NCBI GenBank assembly: GCA_965208675.1
Contig: OZ242351.1
Coordinates: forward strand, 3,456,001-3,520,000
Source: Candidatus Poribacteria bacterium
GTDB taxonomy: Bacteria; Poribacteria; WGA-4E; PCPOR2b
Direction: 5' to 3'
DNA: 64,000 nt
The notes under the pieces are model-generated. The model saw nothing but the letters and a program-made list of their open reading frames with translations, did not search any database and was not told the origin of the DNA. Below, piece by piece: positions 1-10,146 of this stretch. A program made the position numbers and the translations under genes. Positions within the stretch are counted from its first letter, which is position 1. Each line of letters opens with the position of its first letter.

Positions 1-487
1 TGTCGTCGAGGTCGTCCAGCTTTACTGTGTTCCTTTCACCGACAATTGGGATTAGCACATCGCACTTGTTTTCCCACGGCGCCAGCTCTTCGTTACTTAG
101 TCCATAACCGAGATCTCCCAGATGTGCGAACCATAATCCGCCGGCTTTGAAGGCGTACATGGCGTTATCCATCGGGTCATGCAGGTCATGGTCGGCGGCC
201 TCGGCTGTGGCGATTGCTACTAACGGTTCACCATTGATTGTTGCCGAAGCTGTCCCCAAAGCCACGTCGAGAGCGTTGATGACGCGGGGATTTCCCCGCA
301 CGAGCGAAACGTTGTTGTGGGATTCGTCCGTGAGTGAACTTACAATGACGGTGTCGGCGTCGAGGCGCGAGCCGTCATCTTCCAATTGCGTATCGTGATG
401 GGAGTATGGATCAGTTACGATAGTTGGCTTACCATTCTCCCACAGGCGGAAACACGCGTGACCAACAAATTCGAGTTGTACAGACAA
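1..487 (-). CDS. MBL-fold metallo-hydrolase (Lactamase_B_3-like), runs off the window edge
   Basis: Not in the ORF track; translated by hand. GGAGG RBS then TTG at 487: MSVQLEFVGHACFRLWENGKPTIVTDPY...FAHLGDLG...CDVLIPIVG. GHACF, TDPY and HLGDLG are typical of the family. Confidence 0.75.
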   Translation of the reverse strand, partial: MSVQLEFVGHACFRLWENGKPTIVTDPYSHHDTQLEDDGSRLDADTVIVSSLTDESHNNVSLVRGNPRVINALDVALGTASATINGEPLVAIATAEAADHDLHDPMDNAMYAFKAGGLWFAHLGDLGYGLSNEELAPWENKCDVLIPIVGERNTVKLDDLDD

Positions 488-710
488 GTTTATTCCTCCT
501 CAACTACGTTCTAGATTTCGCTAATTTCGGGTGTTCTCATGCACCTTTCAGGACACATTCGTGCAGAATAGGCGGAATCACGCCTCAACGCGCCGCAATG
601 CTTACTTTCTCCAAAGTCCAGTTAATATCCGGTTTGCCGTATACAGATTCGCGTTTTGGATTGTCTCAGGGGTCATTCTTGCGAACTATCCCGGCTGTAC
701 AACACTGCTA

Positions 711-1526
711 TCACGCCATATAAACGGGTAGGCTGCTATCGTTGCCGCGAAATGCGGCATGATTGCCGCACAACCATAAGAAAATCTCGGCGGCATCATT
801 GAACGCTCGGTGCCCTTCCCGCGCGTAGAAGTAGTGCCCCTGCCGCATGTTATATATCTGTTCAACGTTGAAATCCGGCTCGATGACCCAATCACGTTCC
901 GGCGGCGCGGTTCGGACATAGTGGTATTTCATCAGATTACGGGTGCCCGCCGCCGTAGCCACTCCCTTTCGGTGCCAAATATTGTAGAAGCATACGATGA
1001 TGGAACCCGCTGGTGCTGTTGTTGGCATAGCGCCCCGAATTCCGGTATAATGGCCCATATAATCCCCCGCATAGAGGAAGTGTGAACCGGGCAATAAATC
1101 GGTTGGCCCCATTTCCAAGGGGGTATCCTGCGGATAATAGAACACCTTGAGTGAATCTATCTTGGGGCCGTAAAGCGAGCCGGCATCTCGGTGCCATCCG
1201 CCAACCCCGCTTGGGCACACCGCACGATGGTTCGCCATGAAAGTCGGGAGTTGAAAATTTTTGCCCAATAACGATCGGACGACACCAATTGCTTCCGAAT
1301 TGAGAATTACATTGTCAGCGAACCAATCGAGTTCAAAGATTTCGTCAGGCAGCCGAACACGGTCCTGTTCGAAGGGGCCGCCTTCAGCATAGAGGTCGCA
1401 GTAATCGCAGGTTTTTTTGTTAACCTCATCCGGAACGACAGCTTCCAACATCAGAATCCCTTTTCTGCAGAACTCCAAGACTTGAGTGTCCGTCATTGTG
1501 GGTTCGCAGTCGTATGTACGTTTCAT
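711..1526 (-). CDS. Phytanoyl-CoA dioxygenase (PhyH) family Fe(II)/2-oxoglutarate dioxygenase
   Basis: WHRD (HxD), YYPQD...GPT...PGSH and distal WHRK motifs; 271 aa. Confidence 0.85.
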   Translation of the reverse strand: MKRTYDCEPTMTDTQVLEFCRKGILMLEAVVPDEVNKKTCDYCDLYAEGGPFEQDRVRLPDEIFELDWFADNVILNSEAIGVVRSLLGKNFQLPTFMANHRAVCPSGVGGWHRDAGSLYGPKIDSLKVFYYPQDTPLEMGPTDLLPGSHFLYAGDYMGHYTGIRGAMPTTAPAGSIIVCFYNIWHRKGVATAAGTRNLMKYHYVRTAPPERDWVIEPDFNVEQIYNMRQGHYFYAREGHRAFNDAAEIFLWLCGNHAAFRGNDSSLPVYMA

Positions 1527-1792
1527 GGTAAATGTCCCTCATTTATTCCTAAGATTATTCAATTCAATGGAATTATTTGCCTGAAAACGCTAATGATTGT
1601 TCAAACATTTCATTTAGATGTAAATCCTAAATAGAGGCGCCGGAATGTATTATGCACATTTTGTATTCTATCACAACGGGCATCAGCCCGCAAGAGCAAT
1701 AACCATACTCATCGAGCCAACCGAGTGCCTAGCCAAAAACAGCGATTCGGCACGCCGCCTGCGCAACAAGTTCCTATTGTTCAACTAAACCG

Positions 1793-4141
1793 CTATCCGC
1801 TGCGGGCGGCTTGGAGAATACGATCTGCCCATCCACCGGGTTTGATAGGGCCGCTCAGATCCTCGCCATCTAGGGCGGCGGGCAGCCCCCAGAGTATCAG
1901 GTTAAGGTGGGAGCCGTAATCGCCGAGTACCTCGCCGGTGTTTTCATCACCTCGTGTGCCGCCGGCAGAATTCCAGATGTAGCCCTGTTTAACGATAGCT
2001 TCATAGTCGCGGCGGACTATCTCCAATCCGAATTCGGGTTCTCCTTCATACATGTACATCATGGCAAGGAACGGAAGGTAGCAGGTGAGGATCGTATAAG
2101 TCCCGAACCCGATATTTTGGACCGGCGTTCCGTCCGGGTTGGCGTAGTTAAGTGCACCAAATTCGGTAAGGGCAACATTTGTCCGCTTTATGGTATCCAG
2201 CGTGGTCTTCACCCGATCACTTCGGAAGACACCATCTAACCCTTCAGACCTTGCCATCCACTCGCCATCCAACTGGTAGGCAAGGATTAGGTCGGATTTT
2301 TTGCCGGTTGTGGGTTCGAAATAGTTCAAGTAGTAATCTCCGGTCCACAGTTTGGTCTCCAATGAATTACTTCCCTGAGCAAACCAGTCTCTACATTGGT
2401 CGGCGAACGCCGTATCCCCCATTTCTTCAGCCATGCGTTCAGCCATCTTTAGATGCGCTAGGTGGATACCTGCCACATGAGCCGTCATTCCGTGGTACTC
2501 GCACATCTCAATCCAATCGGTACCGAACCCCGGTGCAAAACCTAGTATGGAGGCGTTCTGTTCATGCGCAACGCTGATTATGCCGTCGGGACCGAGATCG
2601 GGCCTCAAATTCATGGTGTAAATTGTAGTCTTCTTTACGGATTCGTAGAATTCTTTCAGCATCTCATCGTCGCCGGTACAATTCCAATACCGATTCACAA
2701 TATCCACATATTGGGGGGCGTTGGTTGCGGTCTGCCAGCCGGGGGTTGCACTCACCATACCGCATGGGGGGGTATGGTAACTAAACCCGCTAAACATGAA
2801 TGCGGTGGCACCTTCCGGACTCTGATACGCCTTGAATGCGCGAAGCGTGGACAACGCCAGTTCGGGGAAGAAGTAGACGAGTGGAATGTTTCCCTCGAAG
2901 GTTGGGGGCAGGCATTCAATCTGCGGGCAATATTTAGGGGATTCATTCATGCCGAAAATACCATCTTCCTCGCGGCACCACTCCCCAATCGGCGGTTCCG
3001 CCACTGCCCACATGCTGTTTTCAGCGATGTGGTTTAAGCCATTCAGCAGCGAATCCTGCAACCATCCGGGCAATTTCTCCTCTGAATAGAAGACTTGCTG
3101 CCAAGCTAGAATGCGTTTTAATAAGGATTCATGATTTTCAGCCAAAACCTGCGCCGCGTCAAGCGCACTGCGATATCTGGTGGTGTACATATGTGTGTAC
3201 GTATATCCACCCGCCGTAGGTGTTCCTCCACCTTTCCAACGCGGGCTATACCAACCGAGGACAAACCGTACAATTTTAGTTTCATGCGGGTCAAGAGAAA
3301 AGTCGACCGCCAGGGATGAGCCTGGCTTATATCCTAAGGCTTCAGGAAGCTGACTTTCAATTTTTGCCCAAGCTTCCCCATTGATACCGAGTTCCCCGCC
3401 ATACCGGATTTTTTCGTTTCCTACTACGCCCAAGGCATATCCGATGCCGCGGCTATTTGTCACCGAGATTCCCGAGAAAGTCCCTTCTGCGGCTTCACGG
3501 GCAAACGTCGTTGCGTCTTCCATCTCCTCATCAGAGGGGCCAGGGAAACTGAAGGCGACGGTACCGCTCTGCGGGGTATCTTTCACGTTGCGCAGGTGCA
3601 CCTCGAAGACTGCACCGGGAAGGAGGGACATATCGACATCTCCCGGAATGAACGGCGCCCAAGCCCTCATTCCTACGCTGACGGGCGTGTCTTGAAGGTC
3701 GTATTCCACATCAGCTACCGGATAGTGGCCCCAGTAATGGATTTCACGGAGTGGATCCCGCGGCAGGCTTCGGAGTTTCGGTTCGCCCGCTTCCCAGTAA
3801 CATACCCAGTCTTGGGCACATTGCGCCTTCGTCAGTAACCGCGGTTCACCGTCAACGCTGATACCTAAGAATGGGCGGTTGACTAGCCGCCGAGGGACAT
3901 GAGAGTTAAAGAGTGTGCAGAGCCCGAAGGTTCCATTGACCTCAAGGTCTATACATCCGGTGTCGATCGCCCCTAGCGGCATACCCTCGTTAGGCGGGCC
4001 CAATTCAATTCCGGTTTCGCTGCGAGTGCGCTTCGTAGTAAAAATCATCCCGCTTACGGGCGCGGTAAATCCTTCTGCTTCAAACCTTATCCACTCCCGT
4101 TCAGGGAGATCTGTCGGGAAGAGTTTCTGATAATCATTCAT
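1793..4141 (-). CDS. GH116-family glycoside hydrolase (glucosylceramidase-like)
   Basis: GMPLGAIDTG, YWGHYP, WAPFIPGD, QLDGEW and FFPELA motifs. Start moved to ATG 4141, which follows an AAGGAG RBS (ORF track starts at 4264). Confidence 0.85.
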   Translation of the reverse strand: MNDYQKLFPTDLPEREWIRFEAEGFTAPVSGMIFTTKRTRSETGIELGPPNEGMPLGAIDTGCIDLEVNGTFGLCTLFNSHVPRRLVNRPFLGISVDGEPRLLTKAQCAQDWVCYWEAGEPKLRSLPRDPLREIHYWGHYPVADVEYDLQDTPVSVGMRAWAPFIPGDVDMSLLPGAVFEVHLRNVKDTPQSGTVAFSFPGPSDEEMEDATTFAREAAEGTFSGISVTNSRGIGYALGVVGNEKIRYGGELGINGEAWAKIESQLPEALGYKPGSSLAVDFSLDPHETKIVRFVLGWYSPRWKGGGTPTAGGYTYTHMYTTRYRSALDAAQVLAENHESLLKRILAWQQVFYSEEKLPGWLQDSLLNGLNHIAENSMWAVAEPPIGEWCREEDGIFGMNESPKYCPQIECLPPTFEGNIPLVYFFPELALSTLRAFKAYQSPEGATAFMFSGFSYHTPPCGMVSATPGWQTATNAPQYVDIVNRYWNCTGDDEMLKEFYESVKKTTIYTMNLRPDLGPDGIISVAHEQNASILGFAPGFGTDWIEMCEYHGMTAHVAGIHLAHLKMAERMAEEMGDTAFADQCRDWFAQGSNSLETKLWTGDYYLNYFEPTTGKKSDLILAYQLDGEWMARSEGLDGVFRSDRVKTTLDTIKRTNVALTEFGALNYANPDGTPVQNIGFGTYTILTCYLPFLAMMYMYEGEPEFGLEIVRRDYEAIVKQGYIWNSAGGTRGDENTGEVLGDYGSHLNLILWGLPAALDGEDLSGPIKPGGWADRILQAARSG

Positions 4142-4445
4142 GAATTTTCTCCTTACAATTTCACCATCTGCACGCACAGCGATGTTTGCCGCGAGAGTTT
4201 CCCCCTCCCCAAATTCATGGTAACTACAAGGATTTTCAAAAGCAATGCCAGACGTTTTTGCCATGTAAAATCCTTGAGTTATTGGCGAATTGATAGGGCA
4301 GCCAATTTGAGGGATTTCTTCACCTAGTAAGTGACGCGAACAGTTCCTTCATATTCAACGTTTTGGCAGGTTTGAAATGAAACGAAGCACCGGCGAATGG
4401 GCATAGATATACTACTGCAATGCACAAGAGAGACAGGACAAAGCG

Positions 4446-5858
4446 TTATGCAAGAACTTCCGATATTATTTTGCCGTGCACATCGGTTAACCGAAAGTCG
4501 CGACCCCCATAGCGGTAGGTGAGTTTCGTGTGGTCAATCCCCATCAAGTGCAAGATGGTGGCGTGGTAGTCATGGACATGGCACGGCTGCGAGACAATGC
4601 CTAAACCATACTCATCCGATTCGCCATATGCTACGCCGCCCTTAATACCGGCGCCCGCGAGCAAACAGGTAAACGCTGTGCCATGGTGGTTGCGGCCTAC
4701 GCCGTCCGAAAACGGCGTGCGGCCGAACTCGGTACAGATTGCGATAAGCGTTTCATCAAACATACCACGTTGCTTCAAATCTTTGACTAGCGCTGAGAGC
4801 GGCAGATCGACGCGTCGGGCTTTTGGACGATGTTCTTCCATGTTGCCGTGGGCGTCCCAGTTATCATTTGAGCCAGTGTCGATGAGTTCCACCACGCGTA
4901 CGCCGTGTTCGACCATCCTTCGAGCCACCAAACACTGCCAAGCGAACGATTTGTTGTCGTCTCTTTTTAGTCCGTACAGGTTTAGCGTGGCATCGCTCTC
5001 CTTTGATACATCGAACATCTGCGGCGCGGCACGCGCCATACCCTTAGCGGTGTTGTCAGCATTCATTCGGGCACGCAGTTCCAAATCGCCGGGGCGCTGC
5101 TGTGCGTGAATTTCGTTGACATCGTGCAGCATGATTCGTTCAAGTTCCGCCAGCTTTAGCGACCTAGAGTTGGATTTTAGATTACTTATCGGTTCGTCTC
5201 CCGGAATGACGCGTACACCTTGATGCACCGGCGGCAAGAAATGACTGTCCCACACCTGCGACCCGGAGTAGGGAATACGCTCGCACAACACCATGTACGA
5301 TGGCAGGTCGAGGTTTTCCGTGCCGAGCCCATAACTCAACCATGCGCCGATGCTCGGCATCGGTACTGTTGCGGATCCGGTGTGCATGGCAAGCGTCGCT
5401 TGAAAATGCTCTACAAGATCGGTGTGCATGCTTCTTATCACGCATAGGTCGTCCACTATGCCCCCAAGGTGAGGGAACAACTCGCTAATCATAAGCCCGG
5501 ACTCGCCGTACGGCTGAAATTTGAAGGGTGAGCCCTTTGCCGGTTGCGTGGTGTTTCCCCACGCCGGAATTTCTTTGCCGTGATCCTGCTGCAGTTTCGG
5601 TTTATAGTCGAAAGTATCGACGTGCGAGAACCCGCCCGTAAGGAACACGAAAATCAGGTTTTTAGCCTTCGCCGGATGATGGGTCAGCTTGGGCGCCAAA
5701 GGATGTCCGTTGTGGAACTCTGCGGCGAGACACAGTTTGGTTATAGGACCAAGCATAGTGGTGGCGCACCCGGTGAGTGCATAGTTCAGAAAACGCCGTC
5801 GATTGATTCGATGTTCTTCTTTCATGGTTGCACCTGCCTGTCTATTGAAGTTAGTCAA
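4446..5858 (-). CDS. DUF1501 domain protein with twin-arginine-like N-terminus
   Basis: RRRFL, GGFSHVDTFDYKP, WDAH, EFGRTP, GRNHH and HDYHATILHLMGID motifs. Confidence 0.9.
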   Translation of the reverse strand: MTNFNRQAGATMKEEHRINRRRFLNYALTGCATTMLGPITKLCLAAEFHNGHPLAPKLTHHPAKAKNLIFVFLTGGFSHVDTFDYKPKLQQDHGKEIPAWGNTTQPAKGSPFKFQPYGESGLMISELFPHLGGIVDDLCVIRSMHTDLVEHFQATLAMHTGSATVPMPSIGAWLSYGLGTENLDLPSYMVLCERIPYSGSQVWDSHFLPPVHQGVRVIPGDEPISNLKSNSRSLKLAELERIMLHDVNEIHAQQRPGDLELRARMNADNTAKGMARAAPQMFDVSKESDATLNLYGLKRDDNKSFAWQCLVARRMVEHGVRVVELIDTGSNDNWDAHGNMEEHRPKARRVDLPLSALVKDLKQRGMFDETLIAICTEFGRTPFSDGVGRNHHGTAFTCLLAGAGIKGGVAYGESDEYGLGIVSQPCHVHDYHATILHLMGIDHTKLTYRYGGRDFRLTDVHGKIISEVLA

Positions 5859-8397
5859 TGTAAAGAAATTCGTTGGCTGTCAATACGACTCGCGCGTAGC
5901 TTGACCACGTCTCCAATTCACGTTGTTCAGGCGACATGTCGTACGCATTGAGTTCTTGAGACACTTGTGCGATATATTCTGTTGCCCGCTGCTGTTCGCC
6001 AATGTATGCTTCACGTCCATAAGCGACCTGGTGGGCGCGGTTGACACGCTGGGCAGAATCTTTGGACGATTCAATTAATCGGTTCGCAAAAGCCGCCGCC
6101 TGTTCTTGCACCCACGGGTGATTCCTCAAAAACAGAGATTGTTGCGGGACGGTTGATTGCTTTCGCTTGCCGGTAGTCGTGTTGGTGTCTGGCGAATCAA
6201 ATAGACCGAGGAACGGGTGGCGCTGAAGCCGCTGCGTCATCAGATAAACGCTGCGATGATTGGATGGATAGGTCTTCTTCTTGAACGGGTAATGCTGCGT
6301 CCATCTCCACGTACTTGCGGGTGGAAATGGATGTCCTCCTGGTGGGTTTAGCTTCAGAAGACCGCTGACTGCCATCATTGCATCCCGTATTGCTTCGGCT
6401 TGGAGCCGGCGACGGTCAAATCGCCAATGATAGGCATTGGCTGGGTCTATTGAGGCATTCTGAGCGTTATAATCACTCGCGAGTTGATAGGTTTTCGAGG
6501 AGAGAATTAGCCGGTGCATCTCCTTAATCGACCAGCCGCTCTCGACGAACCGCTCCGCTAGATAATCAAGCAATTTTGGATGCGTTGGCATGGCGCCGCT
6601 GCGTCCAAAATTGGATGGCGTTGGCACAATGCCCTTTCCAAAGTGGTATTGCCAGATACGATTGACCATGACCCGCGCAGTCAGAGGATTCGCCTGGTTG
6701 GTCAGCCACTCCGCCAATTGAAGGCGGCCGCTCTGCCCGCCGGGAATGTCAAGAGAACTGTTGCCGTTCAGGAATTTGGGCGTGTTTCTTATGGCTACGG
6801 GCCCCGTCTCCTTTGGATTTCCCCCAATTTGAATGGGGACATCCTCAGGGGTACCATCTTGGACAGCATAGGCTTGAGGTAAATCGCCGGGGAGGTCGGA
6901 CCGCGCGAGTTGCTGCTTGAGTTCCTTTTTCATTCTGTCAATTTGCCGTTTAACTCTGTCACGGCGTTCTGTGAGCATCTGCTTTTGTGATTCGATAGCT
7001 GTAATATCCTGCCCCGCCTCCTTCAGTGCAGCAATTTCCTTGTTGACGCTTTCAACAATGAGATTCAACTCATCACGTTTTTTTGCCGGCACACTTTTAC
7101 CTTCGAGTCGATTCATCTCGTCTTGAATCTGGGCAAGCTGTTTCCGATGCGAATCGACTCTTGGTTGAGCTTGCTCTGGCAGTAATAACGGGACGAAATT
7201 CATACGCCGTTCGCTGCCGAACCGGAAAAGTTCGGAGCCGGTATAAGGATACTGTGTGCTAGCGAAAATGCCATAGAGGGCATAGTAGTCTTCCATGGTA
7301 ACCGGGTCGAACTTGTGGTCGTGACAGCGTGCGCACCGGAGCGTCATTCCCATAAACGCGCGCCCTACCGTCTCAATGGTATCTTCAATTATGAGGTGGC
7401 GCAATTCGTACGGAGATGTACCGTAACGGCGTGACAAAGCGACGAACCCGGTTGCAATCACCTGCTCGGCAAAGCGTTCCGGACTTCCACCCTTAGCGAG
7501 GATGTCACCGGCTAGCTGCTCTTGAATAAACTGGTTGTACGGCTTGTCCGTATTAAACGCATCAATGATATAATCTCGGTATTGATGAATCTCGGGTATG
7601 GGATAATCTGCGTTGTCACCTGCCGTATCCGCGTAGCGTACTACATCCATCCAATGCCGTCCCCAGCGCTCGCCATATCGGGGTGAGGCTAACAGTTTCT
7701 CCACAAGATTCTCAAATGCATCGGGGGATGTGTCATTTACAAACGCGGAAACCGTGTCGGGCGACGGCGGCAAGCCGATGAGACCGAAGTAGACGCGCCG
7801 GATGAGCGTTCGCTTGTCCGCAAGAGGGTTGGGAGACAACTCATGTGCGTCCCACCCGGCAGTGATGAATTGGTCAATTGGGTGATTTGACCAAGCGTTT
7901 GACGGGACGAGCGGTTCAACCTTTTTCACCGGTTCAAACGACCAGTGGGGTTCGACCGGATCGGACTCTTCCGCACCCCAAGTTGACTCCGCTGGCCACA
8001 AGGCGCCACTGCTCACCCAGTTTTCAAAGTCGGCTACAACGTGATTTGGGAGTTTCTCGTCAGGCGGCATGTGAACATATGCCGTATCGTCATGCCGAAT
8101 CGCCTCAAGCAACAAACTTGCGTCCGGCTGGCCGGGAACAATGGCTGGACCGTGATATCCGCCTTCAATCAAAGCTTCCCGCGAATCTACCCGGAAACCG
8201 TTGTTGACCTCCTCGCCGCCGTGACAGTTGAAACAGGTGTTTAACAACACGGGACGAATTTTCGCCTCAAAAAAAGCGTGCTGTTCATCTTGAAATTCTT
8301 GCTCGGCGCCTGTCGCCGCCGCTAGATTGAGGCAAAATGGTATGGATAAAGTAACTACAATTCCCATTAAAAATACGATTCTATTCCGCCTTAGCAT
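5851..8397 (-). CDS. Planctomycete cytochrome c / DUF1549 / DUF1553 (PSD1) protein
   Basis: CFNCH and CARCH haem motifs, YGERWGRHWMDVVRYADT, NPLTARVMVNRIWQYHFG. Signal peptide from ATG 8397. Standard partner of DUF1501. Confidence 0.9.
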   Translation of the reverse strand: MLRRNRIVFLMGIVVTLSIPFCLNLAAATGAEQEFQDEQHAFFEAKIRPVLLNTCFNCHGGEEVNNGFRVDSREALIEGGYHGPAIVPGQPDASLLLEAIRHDDTAYVHMPPDEKLPNHVVADFENWVSSGALWPAESTWGAEESDPVEPHWSFEPVKKVEPLVPSNAWSNHPIDQFITAGWDAHELSPNPLADKRTLIRRVYFGLIGLPPSPDTVSAFVNDTSPDAFENLVEKLLASPRYGERWGRHWMDVVRYADTAGDNADYPIPEIHQYRDYIIDAFNTDKPYNQFIQEQLAGDILAKGGSPERFAEQVIATGFVALSRRYGTSPYELRHLIIEDTIETVGRAFMGMTLRCARCHDHKFDPVTMEDYYALYGIFASTQYPYTGSELFRFGSERRMNFVPLLLPEQAQPRVDSHRKQLAQIQDEMNRLEGKSVPAKKRDELNLIVESVNKEIAALKEAGQDITAIESQKQMLTERRDRVKRQIDRMKKELKQQLARSDLPGDLPQAYAVQDGTPEDVPIQIGGNPKETGPVAIRNTPKFLNGNSSLDIPGGQSGRLQLAEWLTNQANPLTARVMVNRIWQYHFGKGIVPTPSNFGRSGAMPTHPKLLDYLAERFVESGWSIKEMHRLILSSKTYQLASDYNAQNASIDPANAYHWRFDRRRLQAEAIRDAMMAVSGLLKLNPPGGHPFPPASTWRWTQHYPFKKKTYPSNHRSVYLMTQRLQRHPFLGLFDSPDTNTTTGKRKQSTVPQQSLFLRNHPWVQEQAAAFANRLIESSKDSAQRVNRAHQVAYGREAYIGEQQRATEYIAQVSQELNAYDMSPEQRELETWSSYARVVLTANEFLYID

Positions 8398-8659
8398 TTT
8401 AAACTCCCCATAGGTTGCTAAATTGTACCTGAAAAATACTAAAATCTCAAGGAAAATCAAGGTACGGCATTGCTTGGCGGTAATGAAAATTAAAGCGCAG
8501 GCGCCTAACAAAACTTATCTTGGAGATTGCGTGAGGCAAATCGAACAATAATCTCACACCGTACGGGAATTTTTGCCAACAAATCCTCGCTTGAAACTTG
8601 ACAAATCGGGTTGGTTTATTTCTCGCTAGTTTTTTGGATTGCGCATTTGCTATAATTTT

Positions 8660-8815
8660 AAAGTTTGTTTGAAGAGTCATTTGATTCGATTTTTCATCAA
8701 GTAAATGTAAGCGATGTACACCATAGTCTCAGCAGTGCTAGGATATCGTTCATAATCCAAAGTCAATCGACGAAACCAACCATGCCAAGAAAATGTGCCT
8801 TCAACAATTGAGAGC
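8660..8815 (-). mobile_element. IS5-family transposase 3' remnant with probable right end
   Basis: VEGTFSWHGWFRRLTLDYERYPSTAETMVYIA resembles the IS5 DDE C-terminus (VERTFAWL..RRL..DYE). TGTTTGAA end motif near 8666. Confidence 0.65.
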
Positions 8816-9180
8816 GATAGCGTGTCGCATTGCCATGACGGACCGTGGGAAACCGCGGCAGAATCCATACGTTGAGAGTACGATTGGCAGAATCAAAGAC
8901 GAGTATGTCGTTGACTCTGAGTATCAGAATTTCCACGATGCATACAACCAACTTAGTCTAGTATTAGATGTCGTGTATAATCAGAAAAGGCCTCATTCAG
9001 CGCTAGGCTATCGGACACCTGCTGAATTCGAGGCAGCGTATAATGCACACTAGAACACCAATTGAAATTTCATCTTGAATCAACTACGCAGCACTAACAC
9101 AGTTATAGGTAAGTCCTAAACTTCAAAATACCTTCTTAACATCAACAATTTCGTGTCCAAACAATTGGGGTCTCTGCCGA
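8793..9180 (+). mobile_element. IS3/IS481-like integrase-core 3' remnant
   Basis: GKPRQNPYVESTIGRIKDE...YNQKRPHSALGYRTPAEFE (rve C-terminus). ORF ends at 9053; probable terminal sequence at about 9150-9180. Confidence 0.75.
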
Positions 9181-9225
9181 TTACCTTATATAGTTCCTCA
9201 CGAACCGAAGAAAGGAATTACAGAA

Positions 9226-10137
9226 ATGAAGAGACAGGAAAGTTATCACAAATTGTTTGTGATTATCCTTCTGTTACTATGGCCCGCTTCCAAGGCTCTT
9301 GCACTTGAGCTTGAGCCGTCCCCGGCTGGGGGTGGCTGGCTCGAGGTCCAAAAGCGGGGTGGGTATGCAGTTGCTAACGACCATGATGATTTTGACGCCA
9401 ATCTAGTTGATGAAGCCACAATTGAAATGTGGATTTACCTCAAAAGGGCACCCACGTGGCGCGAGTCGTGGGTTTTATTACACAAAGAAGGCTGCTATCT
9501 AGTAATATTAGGCGGGCATAGTATTGGTGGCTTCTTTGGAGAAGTTAATCGCTTGGGGGAGAATCAGGTTTCTAATCTGACTTTCCACGTGACGCATCCA
9601 AAAGGTTCTAGCAGAAGTTCACGTTCCCAGTTTAAGGAAAACCTGCCGTTGAATAAGTGGCATCATCTGGCTTTTATTGTTGGTAACAGAGGAATCGTGC
9701 TCTATCTCAATGGAGTGCGGGAGCTCGGCGATCCACAAACTCCGCACGGTCCGTTGCCTGATTCAGAATTTCCACTATTTATCGGCGGGACGGGCATCGT
9801 GGAGACTGAATTCTTAGCGCATGTCGATGCTAAGTGGAATAAATTTGGCTGGCTTCGATTTACCGGTGGCCTCATTGATGAAGTGAGAGTCTCAAACATA
9901 GCCCGTTATCTACCGGAGGAGTTTTTTGTTGCGACACCACGCGGTCGATTGGAAGCTGATGAAAACACGCTTGCCCTCTGGCATTTTGATGGCGGGCGAT
10001 CTGAATGGCTCAAGGATGCTACCGGAAACGGACACACGTTGACTGATGTGGATTTGGCGTATTTACATGTGGAGGGTCATGGGAAACTACCCACGCTTTG
10101 GGGAAAAATCAAAAAACGTGAAGCGATTTCACGTTAG
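9226..10137 (+). CDS. Secreted LamG-like jellyroll protein with conserved C-terminal tail
   Basis: Signal peptide, TIEMWI, WHHLAF, LYLNG, GLIDEVRVSN, LALWHFD; ends VEGHGKLPTLWGKIK. Confidence 0.8.
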   Translation: MKRQESYHKLFVIILLLLWPASKALALELEPSPAGGGWLEVQKRGGYAVANDHDDFDANLVDEATIEMWIYLKRAPTWRESWVLLHKEGCYLVILGGHSIGGFFGEVNRLGENQVSNLTFHVTHPKGSSRSSRSQFKENLPLNKWHHLAFIVGNRGIVLYLNGVRELGDPQTPHGPLPDSEFPLFIGGTGIVETEFLAHVDAKWNKFGWLRFTGGLIDEVRVSNIARYLPEEFFVATPRGRLEADENTLALWHFDGGRSEWLKDATGNGHTLTDVDLAYLHVEGHGKLPTLWGKIKKREAISR

Positions 10138-10146
10138 GAGTACCGC

